Below are positions 9,898-24,779 of a stretch of 64,000 nucleotides of DNA, piece by piece. The position numbers and the translations under genes were made by a program. A model generated the notes under the pieces. It saw only the letters and a list, made by a program, of their open reading frames with translations, did no database searches and was not told the origin of the DNA. Each line of letters starts with the position of its first letter. Within the stretch, counting starts at the first letter, position 1. The stretch comes from Leptogorgia sarmentosa (Eukaryota), in the NCBI GenBank assembly GCA_964658305.1, contig OZ210886.1, forward strand, positions 930,001-994,000. Direction: 5' to 3'.

Positions 9898-11952
9898 TCA
9901 CTTCACTCATATTTGTAATCTGCGCTGATGTACGCCGCATTGAAAGCACGTGAACTCACAACAACATAATTTTACTTGATTTAAATAAATGAGCTCGATG
10001 TTAGGAAAAATCACCATAACTCATAATAACAGAATTTAAGCATTGGAATAATAGAATCATTGAATTGTATTTTGCTCAATTTTTAAAATGCAAAACTGTT
10101 TGGGTATGGACCAGTATGGACTGTGTAAAAAAGAAGATGAGGCCATGGGAGGATTGAAATTGGAAACGTTTATTTCAGGGAAAAAATCTCAGAATTCCGG
10201 AAAGATTCATTCACATTCAGTGCCATTATGCATTTATGTGGTCCGTATCGTGAAATACCCATACCGGGCCGCAAACGATCGCAAACCAGTTGGCTAAAAA
10301 GTATCGAAGCATTGGATTGCAAAAATAACTATAATTGAAAATAGTACATGAACAAAAAAATCTCCTATATTGATATTGATAATTGATTCGCGATTGGCTC
10401 ATTCGTTTAAAATAGTATAACTGACGTCTGACAATACAACCTCAGCTTTGTCACATATTATTCCGGATATTCACTCATCGCCCTACTAGGTATATCTGTC
10501 CCAATCGTGTAAGCCTTAGCCATCGCCACAACTTTGGTTGTGAGACTGTGAATAATGCCGACTTCATTAGGGTTTTGATAAGAATACAAACTTTAGGAAA
10601 ATGAGAAAATAATTTGATTTAATTATTACTCATTAGTTTTATTCACATAACAGCATAGCTCCCAGAAATTGGGGATAACCGCCAGTTTTATTTTTTGGGT
10701 ATTAATTCGACTTATGTTTTGGGGTAAAGAAGTTTGGGCATATATATTGTGTTGTGTTTGTACATGTGTTCAACTCTCATGATCGCAGGACTGACCAAGG
10801 GGACAACTGCTCAGTTTAAGAGGCCTTCAACATTTCAAACAGGAGGATTTATAGCCACTATATATAGGCAGCCCAGGCTAGGCTCAAATCTATAATAATA
10901 TAAAAGTGAAGATATATATAATAATATTGTTCACTTGTCCTAACTTTCATCATCTCCATACAGCCGTTTAACACAAAACGATTTTCAACAATGATTCGTA
11001 CCGCAACGGGCTGCTTAACCAATCAAATTTCGTGCAACTTCATTTGCGAATCGTCATTGAAAATCATCCCGTATAACATCAGCTTACGCCCTCCGATTCT
11101 ACGCGATATTGTCTTTGTCTTCCCGCTGATAAAAAAACGCCACCTGCTCCCGTATTTATTCGTATAGCTGTTTTGTATTTGAAGGCAGATAATGAACAGA
11201 ATAAGTAGCCTACAAATGTGGTGGCCTTATGGCTCTGCCGATAGCCAAGCCAAAATTGCACTCTGACCATTTTCCAAGCAGTCTTTTCTTTAACGCAAGT
11301 GATTTGTTGAATTATCATATGGCCGATGAAACCCTGTGCATGTACAGTACCTCTGCTTGTTCTGAACACAACTTTACGTGATTATTCAAATTGTGTATTG
11401 CAACCCCCGCACAACAGTGATTAAATGCCGCGATTAAATCATTTTCTCGTGTGTAATTCATTTATGCATGCACACGGTAAACATTTGCTGACAACCACCT
11501 CTTTCACAATGAGAGTTGAACTGAAGTAAAACAGAATGTTGTATTTCGAAAACTAGATAGTGAACAAACAGTTCGAGTGTTCGACTGAATTGTTCGCTAG
11601 CATTCATTTTGTTGCTAGGTTAAGAAATCATATCATGAGTCATGTTAAGCGAAAAAGCATTATTATTCATAAAGAAATCTTTGTTACGATGACACAACTA
11701 CAAGTCTTTTCATATGCAAATTTGATGACACTCATCACATCAAAGTCATTCGAAACCTATAGCTGAAGCTAAAGACTGTGTACAGTGTAGTCGTAACATT
11801 GTCAAGTAAATGTTTTTTCCAAAACACGTAATATGTTATGACAAGGTACGGAATATTTCTCCCGTAGCTGGGATTGAGAAATGAGAAGACAGTCAACATT
11901 CAGACATGTTATAATCGAGTTTTCAAAATAATTATATTATAGCTGTATAAAC

Positions 11953-14027
11953 ATGGCTGATATTATACAAGAGGAACCTAATGAATTCGGCGAAGAGAAT
12001 CAAAGTCGAGGAAGAAAATCAAAGAAAATAAAAAAGAATTTGTCCAGTGGTAAAAGTAGTGGATGTGGTAATCTTTCCTCTTTCTGTTCACACGTTCAGA
12101 CAAACTGCACAGATGAATCAGCTTCGTACAAGTTTTTCAATTTTTTCTTTTACGGCGCTGTTCAGACATTTAATTCCTACGTGTCGGTGTACTTGAAAAC
12201 ACTGGGCTTAACAGCTAGTCATGTTGGCTTGATAAACGGCACTCATCCGCTGCTACAAATAATTGGAGCCCCCTTAGCAGGAATATTAGGAGACCGGTTT
12301 AAAATCAAGCGAATTCTTTTGTTGGTAGGATTAGTAATTATGACTGTCCGGACTATGCTATTTCTACCCTTTCAACCTGAGAAGCAAGTCTGTAATGTTG
12401 TGTATGTAAATAAGACACATCACGCTGTTGTTTCGTCAAAGTTAATTGAATTTCACATCACAAAGCGATCAACAGGAGAGCAATTTCCAGAATCAACAAA
12501 CGAGCATCCTAACCCTAGGCAACATGAAAATAATGTTGGTATCGTACAAACTTTGCTAGAGGATTTTAATCTGATTACCAATACTTCAAACGTTGAATCA
12601 GAAATAGCAAGGAACGTGAAGCCTAACACTGATGTGGACCCATTTCTCTCTCCGCCAAGTGTAATAATTGAGAAGACAAAGAACTATAAACTGATTTTCG
12701 TTAAAACAGAAAACCAAGATGAAATTGAACGTATCTTTATTATTCTACTAGTTCTGACTTTACTGGGCGAGATATTCGAAGCTCTGGTGTCTACAATCGC
12801 CGACACTTGCTGTCTTGATTACCTAGGTGAAGATAGGGAACGTTTTGGAATGTTCCGTTTCTGGGGAGCTTTAGGAGCGGGTATCACTTCTCCAATTAGC
12901 GGTGCAATATTTGATCATTATGGACAAACCGTTTGTGGTCGAACTGTAAGCGGATATCATTACGTATTCTATATCTATTTTGCCTATCTATGTGCGGCTT
13001 TCATAGCTGCGACCCACTTTCGATATCGTTATGACAGTTCAACATCGTCCTCAAAGAATAAAGACATTAAGGACGCCTTGTTTAATTTAAACTATGGAAT
13101 TTTCCTTCTGGTAACACTCTTTATGGGTCTCTGCTATGGCTTCTTGACCAGTTTCAGTTTCTGGTTTTTGGACGATCTTGGTGCAAATGCTGTTCTCCTG
13201 GGTGTCGCCTCCTCCCTGAGAAGCGTTGCGGAAAATTGTGTTTATTTTATTTCACCATATGTTTTGGTTCGTTTGGGTCACGCGAAAGTAGCAGCTGGTT
13301 GCCTTGTGGCTTTTGCTGTCACGTGTTTGTCCTATTCTTTCCTGCATGATCCTTGGTTTGCAGTACCGCTAGAGATTCTGTCTACAGGAGCATACGCATT
13401 TTCTTGGACAACATGCGTCTCGTACCTCAATCGAGCTGCTCCACCTGGCTCTAGTACTATCGTGCAAGGTACGTTACGTTTTATAAAAAAGTACTGAGTG
13501 GATGATTACACAAAATGCATGAGAATTGAATACGCTAAATTTTTGTTTCAATTCAAACATTGAAGTCCAGATTCGGTATGAATGAGAGCACTGAATAGCC
13601 ACGTGCTAAAAAACCAAAATTTTAAATTGGGTATCTATAAAACACTGCTTAGACAACATTAAATAATATTCAAACGTGTAATTTACTCTTATGCCAATTC
13701 CTGTCCAGTACCATCTTCACTGATTCTTGTTCTAACCACTGACCTTTTGTTTTTCTTCATCCAGGTATCGTTCAAGCATCATTCTGGGGTCTCGGCTTTG
13801 GCGGTGGTTCAATCATCGGTGGCTTCTCATTCCGAGTGTTTGGTGAACGCGAAACATTCCGAGGTTTTTCAGTCGCCTCATTCTCTGTGCTTGTATTCTT
13901 TATTATTATTCAACTCATATTAAAGTCAGCCGAAAAAAATGAGGAAGGGTCTAAATATGAAGCCTTGTCCAACAAAGAGGAAATTTCTCAGTCAAAAAGT
14001 CCACCTGGCGCAGAGAATCGCGAATAA
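11953..14027 (+). CDS. MFSD6-like major facilitator superfamily protein (copy A)
   Basis: Exons 11953-13468 and 13765-14027, phase-1 intron at VQ-G/IVQASFWGLGFGGGSIIGG. Motifs include FFFYGA..FNSYVSVYLKTLGL, GILGDRF, FGMFRFWGALG and FSFWFLDDLGA. Many hydrophobic helices. Confidence 0.88.
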
Positions 14028-15159
14028 AACATTAATTTGTACAAATGTATATTACTGACAGTATAGTTGTACAGTGATGTCATGATTTATGTTGGTTATA
14101 TACTGAACCAAATTACTATACTGTATAGACATTTATTGATCATAAAGATATATATGTATAACTATCTGTATTGTGTTCATATATAAATATATATATACAC
14201 ACTGATTTTGGTAGTCGACAAGTGTCAGATTTTTATTTATTTACCTGCATGGTGACTAGTTTAGTTGTGTATATCAGTATATGAAGCTGGCAGTGTGGAT
14301 TTAGAAATGATCCACCACAAAAATTTCCTCAGAAAGAAAAGAGGGAAAGGGTGGGGTAGACGATATCCAAACTTCAATATGTGTCCAGTGTAGATTAGGT
14401 TTAAGGGTTAGATAGTTAGATAACAATATCAACCAGGAGCAAAAATTCGATACTCACTACCTCATTGACGATATCCAGTGGGTCCTTTTGCAGACTTTCT
14501 TCGTAAATCTTCGAGTTTTGCAAGATGATTACATACGGCAATGTTTAAACTAAAATTTTATTAGCTATTTCACTATAAATATTTGACTGAGATTTTAGCT
14601 ATATAGAATAACAATAACATAAAAAGTTAAAATTCTAACTAATCTTTACTTAATTCAGCCAAACTTACATACATACTAAAATATTTAATGCAGCATAATG
14701 TAGCATATCACCGATCAAACGAGATGCACAACCCTCATCAACGTTTTGAAACTACGAGTGCACAAAAGCCTGTGAGCACATGGACTGAAAATGATCAACG
14801 GCAATTCTAACTCATTCAAGACTTTGATGTTTGTTGCCAAAATGGAATTAGAAAACTAACAATTTCTCCAAATAAATACTAAACCTCATCCTAAAATTTG
14901 AGTCAGCCAAAGTGACGTGAAGAAGTTCAATGTGACGAGGAGAATTCCTCCGGATCCCATGGGTGCCCTGTTTTGCTTTCCTTGTAACTATACTGAATGC
15001 AGCGCCAACCTCCTATCTGTGCACGTGTGAAAACGTCTTTATTTTTTTTGCGCCACTATTTCCCCTTACTTAGTTGCCAGTTTTTTGAGTCAGAAACTCA
15101 TACTTTCCTTATCACTATAGCATTTCTGCTAGAAATATAATCCACTATTCTACTATCCA

Positions 15160-17102
15160 TCAAAAATCGTCAGATTCCTCAGCGGAACCCTCGTATTCAC
15201 TTTCATAACTACTGCTGGTTGTTGACCGCACCTTCCACATATCATCCAGGGTTACTTCAGGATTAACTAAATATAATATAATCTGGAGAACTAAGAAAAC
15301 TATACACACTATACTTGTGATGATTGCAAATCCAATAAATGATTTGGTAAAACCAGAATATTCGAGATAATATCCACCAAGAATAGCGCCAAACCCTGCA
15401 CCAAGACCCCAGTATATTCCCTGGAGGATTCCTATATACAAGATAGAAATCTCATAATTGATCATCAAATATTGAGTGTCCAAACCTGCATAATAATAAC
15501 AAGGACTACGGAGCGTTCTCGGGGGTGGTGAGGCTAACGAAACGACCCATTCTGCTCCGTGTTCTCTGAAGATAATCAACGGAAAGACCCCGTATTCAAT
15601 GTACAATTAATTTGCCTCAACGTGATAAAACTAGCGTTATATGGTTGGAATATCTACACAATTACAATCAGATAAACCATATAATCTACAATTACTACAT
15701 CAAACCACTTCGCATAGCCCTTACCTTGCATCTTAGGACTGGATCCGGTAGGTACTTTTGTAGAAAGAAATGAGCCACAAGTACGTGTTGTAGTGATATG
15801 AACTGTTGCGTTAAAAACCTCTGCTACCAAGACAAGTAATGGCCACTTGATTGAAAAGTATATCACAAACACAACAATATGGCAGACTAAACCAATATGT
15901 ATTATAACTTGATGTCCAATGTATTCAATCATTCTTGCCAAGATCACGCTTACAATGATGTTAACCACCGCCCTGCATCCTGTAGTGAGACCCATGATCA
16001 GTGCACTACCACCAAGACTGTCGATAAACCAGTAGGTAAATGTCAACAGAAAACCGTTGCAAAATCCGGAATAAGAAGATACGAAAGTGAACATACTATA
16101 CTGAAAATTGGATGACGGTCCTTGCACTTTTCGGGAAAGGACGTCATTTGTATTGGAGGGAAAATCCAGGCACAGGCCACACAATAAAGACACCGTAAGA
16201 AATCCAAATGCAAAATAAAACACAAAATGGAACGATCCGATGTACATCCCGCACATCTCCTGATTAAAATAGTATATGACAATACCAATGTTAGGTACGA
16301 TTATACCCCAGCCTATGGTGCCACAGATTTGAGCCTGTCCATAATGATCAACATTTGTACTAGCAGAACACGATTCTTCAACCAATGTAAACATGGTGGC
16401 ATCAAATGCGTCGCTTAATAAAACTAGGATTAACAAACACGTGAAAATACGAAATAATTCTGCTTTGTTGTTGTATATAATGTATTCTGTGACGCCGGCC
16501 TTTGGTGCAATTGTAAAAATTTTCCTAGATTTCTCAGAGATTTTTGAACTAATATTAGAATCATTCTTGTAAGGAAACGTAGGTGATACTGGTGGATCTG
16601 AATTTCTAGTTTCCTGAAATGTGGAAGTTATTTGATGGGCAGTCGTGTTGAACAATGTTTTATTTTCCATGGTCGATACTCCCCATAGTATCTCTCCATC
16701 TTCGGCTGTTTCATTCCAATTTTCTGTCAAATCGCGTTTTAAAAGCACGTGGTGAATCACAAAGGATTTTTGCGTCGTCTTCTCACCGATCTGATTCACC
16801 ACACACACCTGATTTTGTGGACGCAAAACTAAGAATATAATCAGCAATTTAGCCATGAGAACTATGTAGGATATCACAAACATGAGTTTGCGCGAGCGAA
16901 ATCTTTCCGCTATGAGGACCAATAATGGCGTTCCAGCAGACTGTAGTACAAAACGCAAACCACACAGTAACCCGACAAACAAAGGGCTGAGACCAATGTA
17001 CTTGAAATAGACAGGTCGGAACATTACAAACGGCGCGTAGCCCGCGTAGAATGAGAAATAAAACGCATTGTATACAACTTCGATTGGAACAGACAAACCC
17101 AT
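15160..17102 (-). CDS. MFSD6-like MFS protein (copy B)
   Basis: Exons 17102-15725 and 15431-15160, junction MQ-G/ILQGIYWGLGAGFG. Same motifs as the paralogs. Confidence 0.88.
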
Positions 17103-18502
17103 TGTCAGTTTGTATAGTCTACAATGTCGAGATGACAGTGTTGTGTTACACCCTGAAAGCCACCAACCGATGCTGTTCAGACGTAGATCAGACCCATCTG
17201 GTCCAGATTTGGAAAGATCAGCAACGTAAAATCGTCATGTAGTTTTATTTAAACGTATTTCATTTCGAAGGCAAAGCATTCAACATGCTGTTCACTTTTT
17301 GCGTGCGTGTTTGTCTAAATCTGATCATTGTAATTTGATGCACAAATAATATGCATGTAAATATTTCTTTAAAACGCATGCATTTTCCTCCTTAGAAAAA
17401 GCAAAGTAAAAATTATTTACCAATGTGAAATATAATGTGTGTTTTAAATTTAAGAGGTGAGATTATTTAATGCAAAATCATTTGCATATTCTGCGTAAAG
17501 CAACAGTTATCGGTATATTGCTTTTTACGCGCCATTGCCCGCCAGCTGGATATTATTACAAGCCAAAGGCGAAGTTCACTTCGATTGTCGTTTCAAATTT
17601 CAGAAAAATGATGGATGTGTCAGACCAGATATGATTTAGTTTTGATGAAAAGATTTCACGTTCCTGACTAAAAAATGTTTATTACACTGGCTGCGGCCAG
17701 TGTCTTAAAATGCCCTTGCCTGCCTTTTCGATTTTTGACTAATTCAAACTTGATATGAATAAAATAAATTTTAGTATGATCGGCAGCAAGTAGATTACGC
17801 TCGGCACAGATATACATAATACATGTACACTTTGTGTACTTGGGAACAAGGTTGTTTGTTTGTGTGCGCGTGTGATTGTATTCTGTGAGTCAGAGTCACT
17901 GAGTCACTGGATAGTGTGTACATATAGGGAAGTAGCTTCGAAACTAGGTCCCAAATATATACAACGAGGTAAATAGGCTGCAGGCGCTCAAACGTTTCCA
18001 AACAAATCTTTTCACGAGGTGATCAGAAATTAGCGTAATCTTTCGGGACAGAACCGCTTTTATTAAGCTAATAGCTAACTTAGCTGACAGCAAAATTCAT
18101 AATTCTTCACAAACAAGTTTCACGCAACAATTACCAGTATCAATTTACAAATATGAAAGCTGAAAATTGTAATCTAGATTAGAATCAACAACAGTTACTA
18201 ATAGTGTTTATCGTCGTCCAGACTAATAAAAGATCGACCCTGTTCGTTTATAGAAAGTGGCCCAAATTTTAAAAAAAAGTTTCTTCAGTGAAGGATTGAA
18301 TGGTTGCACATGCACGACATTCATAACATGCATTTGATCTCTCTGTTTCACTTCCTAAACATCTAATTGTCTGCTAATCATTTGCCAAGGAATGTAGAAG
18401 TATAAAATGAAACAACTAAAATTTTAGCAAGTTTTCATTTGAAAATCCGTTTCGAAAATAACTCAATAACACACATGAAATAGAAAAGATACAGAACCTG
18501 GA

Positions 18503-20642
18503 TCAGTAACTCCCTTCACTTGCTCCCTCGCTGCTGATGTCAGCATCTGATCCTGTGGATGACGTCGGACGTTTGCCACTGTCATCGTTAACTTTGGTAT
18601 CAATCACCATCATGAGGAGCTCAACAGCCAGGTATATGAAAGCTACAGCTGTCGTCATCCAAATGAATATGATGAATGTGTCCTGGAAACCATTGTAGTT
18701 AAGATGTATTCCTGAGAATAACGTACCAGAGCCAGAACCAACACCCCAGTATATACCATGAAGTAACGCTAAAGAAGTGAAGTGAAGAGATAACATGATT
18801 AATCAGACCGTATTTCCGAATTATGGTTTATCGCGGAGCTCAGTGCATTAAAATCTCATCTGATATACAGCTTAACAAGGGTAATATTTTCCCTGCTGTC
18901 TCACAGCATCAATAAGGACTCGTTACTTCATCGGGGCGATGAAAAGACAGTTTTAATATCATATCTAGAAGGTATACTTTTTGTAAAGAAAACTTATATT
19001 AAAAAAACACAGGAACTGAAAATCGGTGATGTATGGCGTGTCCACAGACCTTGAAAACATTGATTTCGGAAGAAATTAGTAATGCATAACACGAATATAT
19101 GAATTCCCTTCCCCCCCCCCCCCCCCCAATTATCGAGCGCCATAGCGCCAGCCCACTATCTGCAATCAATAAAAAAAATTACAATAAATTGTACATCATA
19201 CCTTGCATTCGAACATTAGACCCAGCAGGAACTGTTTCATTAAGAAAATACGCACAAGTTGAGACGAGGAAACAATAAAATATCGCATGAAAGAATTCAA
19301 CCACCACCACAAACCAGGGATTGGTTGTGCGAGAGAAAGCAATAAACATTGCGATGTAACCAACCAGACCAAGACTTACGACTGGAACATGTCCAGTGTA
19401 ATCAATGATTTTCTTTAGAAGAAAAAACAGAACCAGATCCACGATACACCGACATGCTGCAGCTACACCCATGATCGCTGCACTGCCACCAAGTGTGTCT
19501 ATGAACCAGTTCACAAACGTAAACAAGAACCCATTACAAAAACCAGCATAAGCAAACACAATGAGGAACAAGCCATAATGAAAATTTGATCGAGTTCCGT
19601 GCACTTTCTTTACTTTGATATTTGCAGCGAAATCAGCGTCAAAATCAAGATGTGAACCGATTAACAACGAGAGGTTGAAAAAAACAATAGCAAATATGAA
19701 TACGTAATGATACGTGTCCACCATTTGTCCGCAAAACTGATGCGGGGCATTATGCAAGATTATTGCTATAACAGGTGTCATGAAACCCCAGCTTACAGTT
19801 CCCCACAATCGAGAGAAGCCATAATTCTTTCCTTGATGCTCAATGCACGAATCATCAACCAGCGTAAACGTGGCTGCATCAAATGCATCCGTTATCAACG
19901 CCACGACTAACAAGCTGTAGAAAAGACGCTTAACTTCATATTCGTCATTGCTAACACGATAGTCAGTTTCGGAATCATTTCTCTTCACTGCTGGGATAGA
20001 TTGTGGCCTTGTCGCATTAGGATTCAATGTTGCATTACTTGCATTGTTTTCGTTGGGGGTTTCATACTCTTTTATACTCGTTCCCTGTGTGATATTGTTT
20101 TTATTGTTGTAACCATTTCCATCGTTTTCTTGCCGTTTGACCGCGATTCTGTTTTCTTTGTAGCCAAGTAATGTTTGGTCGAAATATTTTTTCAAAGCCA
20201 TGTCGTGTTGATTTTTTCCTTGCGGTGACCAGCGATCCATGACATCTCGCTTGCTCAACTTGTGATCGATAATGAAGGAATTTTCCGTAACAATTCTGGT
20301 CGCGTTCGCATATTTCACAGTTGTAACCAAACATCGCTGATTTGATGGCTTCAGTAACAGAAACAAGCAAATAAGTTTCACGACACCGATCAAACAAGAT
20401 ATGATAAACAACAGTTTTCGCGACTGAAGTCTGTCACCGATAAGCACCAACAGTGGTGTGGCAATAGACTGGAATATAGGACGAATACCACTGATTATAC
20501 CAACTTGAAGTGGATTGAAACCAATATGTTTCAAATATATTGGAAAATACAGCAGGAACGGAATATAGCCACCGTAAAAAATGAAGTAAAATGCTTGGTA
20601 ATGCACATAATTAACTATTCGGCTGAACCTCTCGGATACCAT
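18503..20642 (-). CDS. MFSD6-like MFS protein (copy C)
   Basis: Exons 20642-19202 and 18768-18503, junction MQ-A/LLHGIYWGVGSG. Motifs YGFSRLWGTVSWG and FVNWFIDTLGG. Confidence 0.88.
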
Positions 20643-21603
20643 CTTGTACAGAACTCACCACTTGCACGCAGTTTGTGACATGAGGCGTTTGGCTGTTGTT
20701 GAGTTTTAAACCATTTTTAAAACTAAATAAACACACGAACACTTTTCAATGATCTAGAATGGGCGAACATCATCACTGAAATGCTTCACTGCTCACCCTG
20801 ATCAATAATTTGCATTCCCATCACTTGATACGACTGAATAGGAAAATCATTGTAGCATAACAAATTTATCACACGGAACGATTCTCAGTGTGCAATCCAA
20901 CAACATTTACACAATTATCTGGCTAAAATAATACAATTCTTTTTAATGTTTTCACGCATGCACTTTTCAAGCAATCGACATCGTTGTCGAAGCACGTTGT
21001 AAAGTTGTTGGTCAAGTAGTGTTGTATGGAGACCATAACCAAACGCACGAGCAGCTCAAGTCAAGGAATGCTAAGTAAATGCGACAATAGATTCAATCTA
21101 TTGAGATTCGACATTTCGAGCAAAGGCCGGCGCCTGCGTTAGGCGAACAGCTAAATAGTGATGTAATTATTTATTACACCCAGGGATTGCAGAATACTGA
21201 AAGGTTAAAAAATATGAATGGCATATCATGAGTAGTTTGCAGCTTCTTTATACTCAGGATAACCAAACGCATTGAAATACATGCATGTATCACTAAGAAA
21301 CCTTTTATTGAAGAACACCGTGATACATGTACTTACTATAAGGTATTAAATCGTCTTTTAAAACCTCATAACATCGCTCAAATCAAGAATGCAACATCGT
21401 GTCATTTCACAAGAATATATGGGATCAAGACAATTAAGTTGTTTAATGAGGGGCACATCAGTAATTAAAATGTATATATCGTTTGCATGCTATATAACTT
21501 ATATTGCTTCTCACTCATTACTCAATGAACATGCGCAACTATTCTAAGTGTAATCTCTTCCAAAGCACTACAATATGGCAAAATAGCATCGACACACTTT
21601 CAT

Positions 21604-23403
21604 TTAAAAGCCGTAGTCATAATCAGTATCCATTTTGAGCTTAGTTTCACCCAAGTTCTCGTGCTCCATTGAAAAAAACTGAGACATGCTGCGTTTCTTG
21701 TCCGTTTGAAAAAACATGTAAAATTGAACAGCTAAAAAGAGAACTGTGACAAAAGCAGTAATACCCGCAAACGTTAGAAAGGTGGTTGGAAATCCAGCAG
21801 TATTTATACGATAACCAGATAAAATACATCCTGCAGTCATGCCAACACCCCAGTATATGCCATGAAATATTGCTATAAAGAAAGAAATGTTTTATATTAT
21901 CAGATATCTCCAACGAAATGCTTGTATTACGATATCAACAACATGTAGCTGGCTGCATGCATGCGTATTTCAAATTAAAGACAAACCTTGTAAACGAGCG
22001 CTTGAACCAGCAGGTGCTGCCTTGACTAGAAATGAGGCAGCAGTTGACATCAATGATCCATACATAACAGCATATAACGCTTCTACCAAGATGACAAACC
22101 AGGCGTTCGTTATCCCAAAGTAGACAACAAAAACCAGAGAATGTCCAAGTAGTCCAATAAGGATTGTAGCAACATGGCCGAGTTTTTCTATAAGTGCCGC
22201 GAGGGTGAGGTACAGGATTATATCTACAATAGATTTCGTCGTAGTGGCTATCCCCATGATTATCGTTGTTCCGCCAAGACTATCGATAAACCAGTTGACA
22301 AATGTAAACAAAAATCCATGACTGAAGCCTGCAAACGCGGAAATGATGGAGAACATGCCATACTGAAGGTTAGAGTGCGCACTGTGGACCTTCTTTGAGA
22401 TGATTTCTGGCATTTTTTGTGTAAGATCAATTTGTACGCCAATAAGTAGAGCGATGGTGGTAAATGCTATGAAGAAAAAGAACATATGGTGAAATGTTTC
22501 CACAATGTAACCGCACATTTTGCTGCCAAGTTCGTATATAACCAATCCAAGTACTGGAGTCATAGTTCCCCATCCTATAGTCTCCCAAAGACGTACTTCT
22601 TTGTAACCGCGGCCAGTGACAGTGTTAGCAGCACACGAGTAATCCACTAAAGTATATATTGAAGCAACAAATGGGTCAGCAAATAAAGTTAAAAAGACAA
22701 GTGCTGTAAATACGCGATTGAGTACTTCTTGGTTATAAATGATTCGAAATTCTAAACGCTCATGATCATATTTTATATTTTTTATGTTTATTGGACTGGC
22801 TTTTATGTTATTAGCTTCACTTGGTCGGTCTGCTCGAATGAAAGTTCGTTTAGAAATTGTTCCATTTTTGGTAAAGTTTTCCCTGATCCCATTGGAAGAG
22901 TGGGGGCTCTGGTCTGATCCAACTTCATTGTAGGTCGTTAGTGATTTCAATGTTTTATTAACACCTCTTTTTGTGATGCGTCTATTCAGAACATGTTCGT
23001 CCTTAGGCAAGTTATCACTCTCCAGAAACGCAACTTCTACAAGTTCATCAACTTGCCAAACAATATTGTTAGATTTATTCACGTAATTTGTGACACATAG
23101 TTGCTTCTGTGGTCTGATAAGAAGAAACATCACCAGAACCTTTGTTATTGCGATAAAACACGACACAACAAACAGAAGTTTTTTTGCCCGAAATTTCTCA
23201 GCTAGAACGACCAGTAGTGGTGTGATGAGAGACTGCAGTATTGGCCGTATACCATTTAGTACACCAACTTGAATGCTGTTGAGACCGATATGTTTCAGGT
23301 AGACCGGTAGATATAGCAACAACGGCATGTGACCAGCGTAAAAAGTGAAGTAAAACAACTGATACTGCCATTCCTCGAATATATTCTTGACTTTTTGCCA
23401 CAT
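21604..23403 (-). CDS. MFSD6-like MFS protein (copy D)
   Basis: Exons 23403-21987 and 21872-21604, junction LQ-A/IFHGIYWGVGMTAG. Confidence 0.88.
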
Positions 23404-24779
23404 AGTGTCTTGCCTCTAAAGGCTACTAAACATTATGCTTGAATGCGTCTTCTTGATGTAAATTCACTATCTTTTACTTTACTTGTTCATTTCGTGTAAC
23501 GAAAACAACTTAAACAGCAATCATCTTCTCAACTTATTTATCAACTCTTAACATCTGTATACGAGTTATAGTCAAATGAATTGAAGTGCATCAAATCTTT
23601 CATGCAGACGAGGAAAAAATTTATCTCCGCACTGATGCGCATCAGCAACCGCGGAATGTAATTAGCATGCAATTATCATGTGGCATAGATTTGCTGTAAA
23701 ATCTTGCATTGATAATATTCGCTATTGAAATGGATATTATTTTGATAACATTTGTTCAAACCAAAACATCACACGCTTGCTTTTTCACTGTTGCTACTGT
23801 TTAATCTCCCGGCAGAAGCCTTCGCAATTCATTCAGTCTGCACTGATTCGCGTAAAAATAAACAAAGTTGCCTTGTGAATTAAAAATAAACAATCGATCA
23901 TTCAATGAACAAAATTCAGTTCCATGTTATTGTACATAATTTTTTTCTTTATATAAAAAGAGTGTTTAGTTTAAGTGGATTGATGATGTCTTCACTATAA
24001 CAAGCTAGTATAACAACCATATTATACACGTGGTTTGAAAGCAATATCATTTATTGAGAATGTAGCTCAAGCCTCATGATCGAAATATATGCACATAATT
24101 TGTGATCTATACTATACGTTAATCGACCAATATACACTATATACACTTGAGTTCAGTACAAATATGTTTGATAAACAAGGAAAGGAGGAATGGAAGGAAC
24201 CAGAAAATAGAAAAACCCCTGGAGGCCTGAACGAACATCAATGCAAGGTCACACCTCGATTATTCAACCATGTCTTTGTGCAGACTGTATAAAACCTGGA
24301 ATGATTCTGGAATGGAAACGTTGTTAAATGAATATTGGTGACCTAAAAACCTGTACCTTACTAGGAACCTTAAATGTAAGGGGCTGTCTGCCAACAGTGC
24401 ACATGCAAAAATATATACTCAGTCTTTACATTTGGACAGTAGCAAATGATATCGCACTAAGAAATAACACGTGCTCTCTATTTAGCCATATATATTTGTA
24501 ATATCACAATATGTCCTCGCCAAGTTCTGCTTTTTCTTTGGAGAATATAAGTGTGGCAATAAGAAGTGACAAACAGATAAAACATAGTTATTTTTTTAAA
24601 AAAAGTCAATGTTTGCATTTGAAAAATTTAAAATTATAGCTATAACTGGCTCGCGCATTTTTTCAGGCCATATGCCCTTAAGTATGTTCCTTCCATTTAC
24701 TCCCTTTATTCAAAAGCATCAATTCAATTTTCATTGACTCATGTTTTTTAACATTTTGATGTTCCTTAATGTTTGTGAT

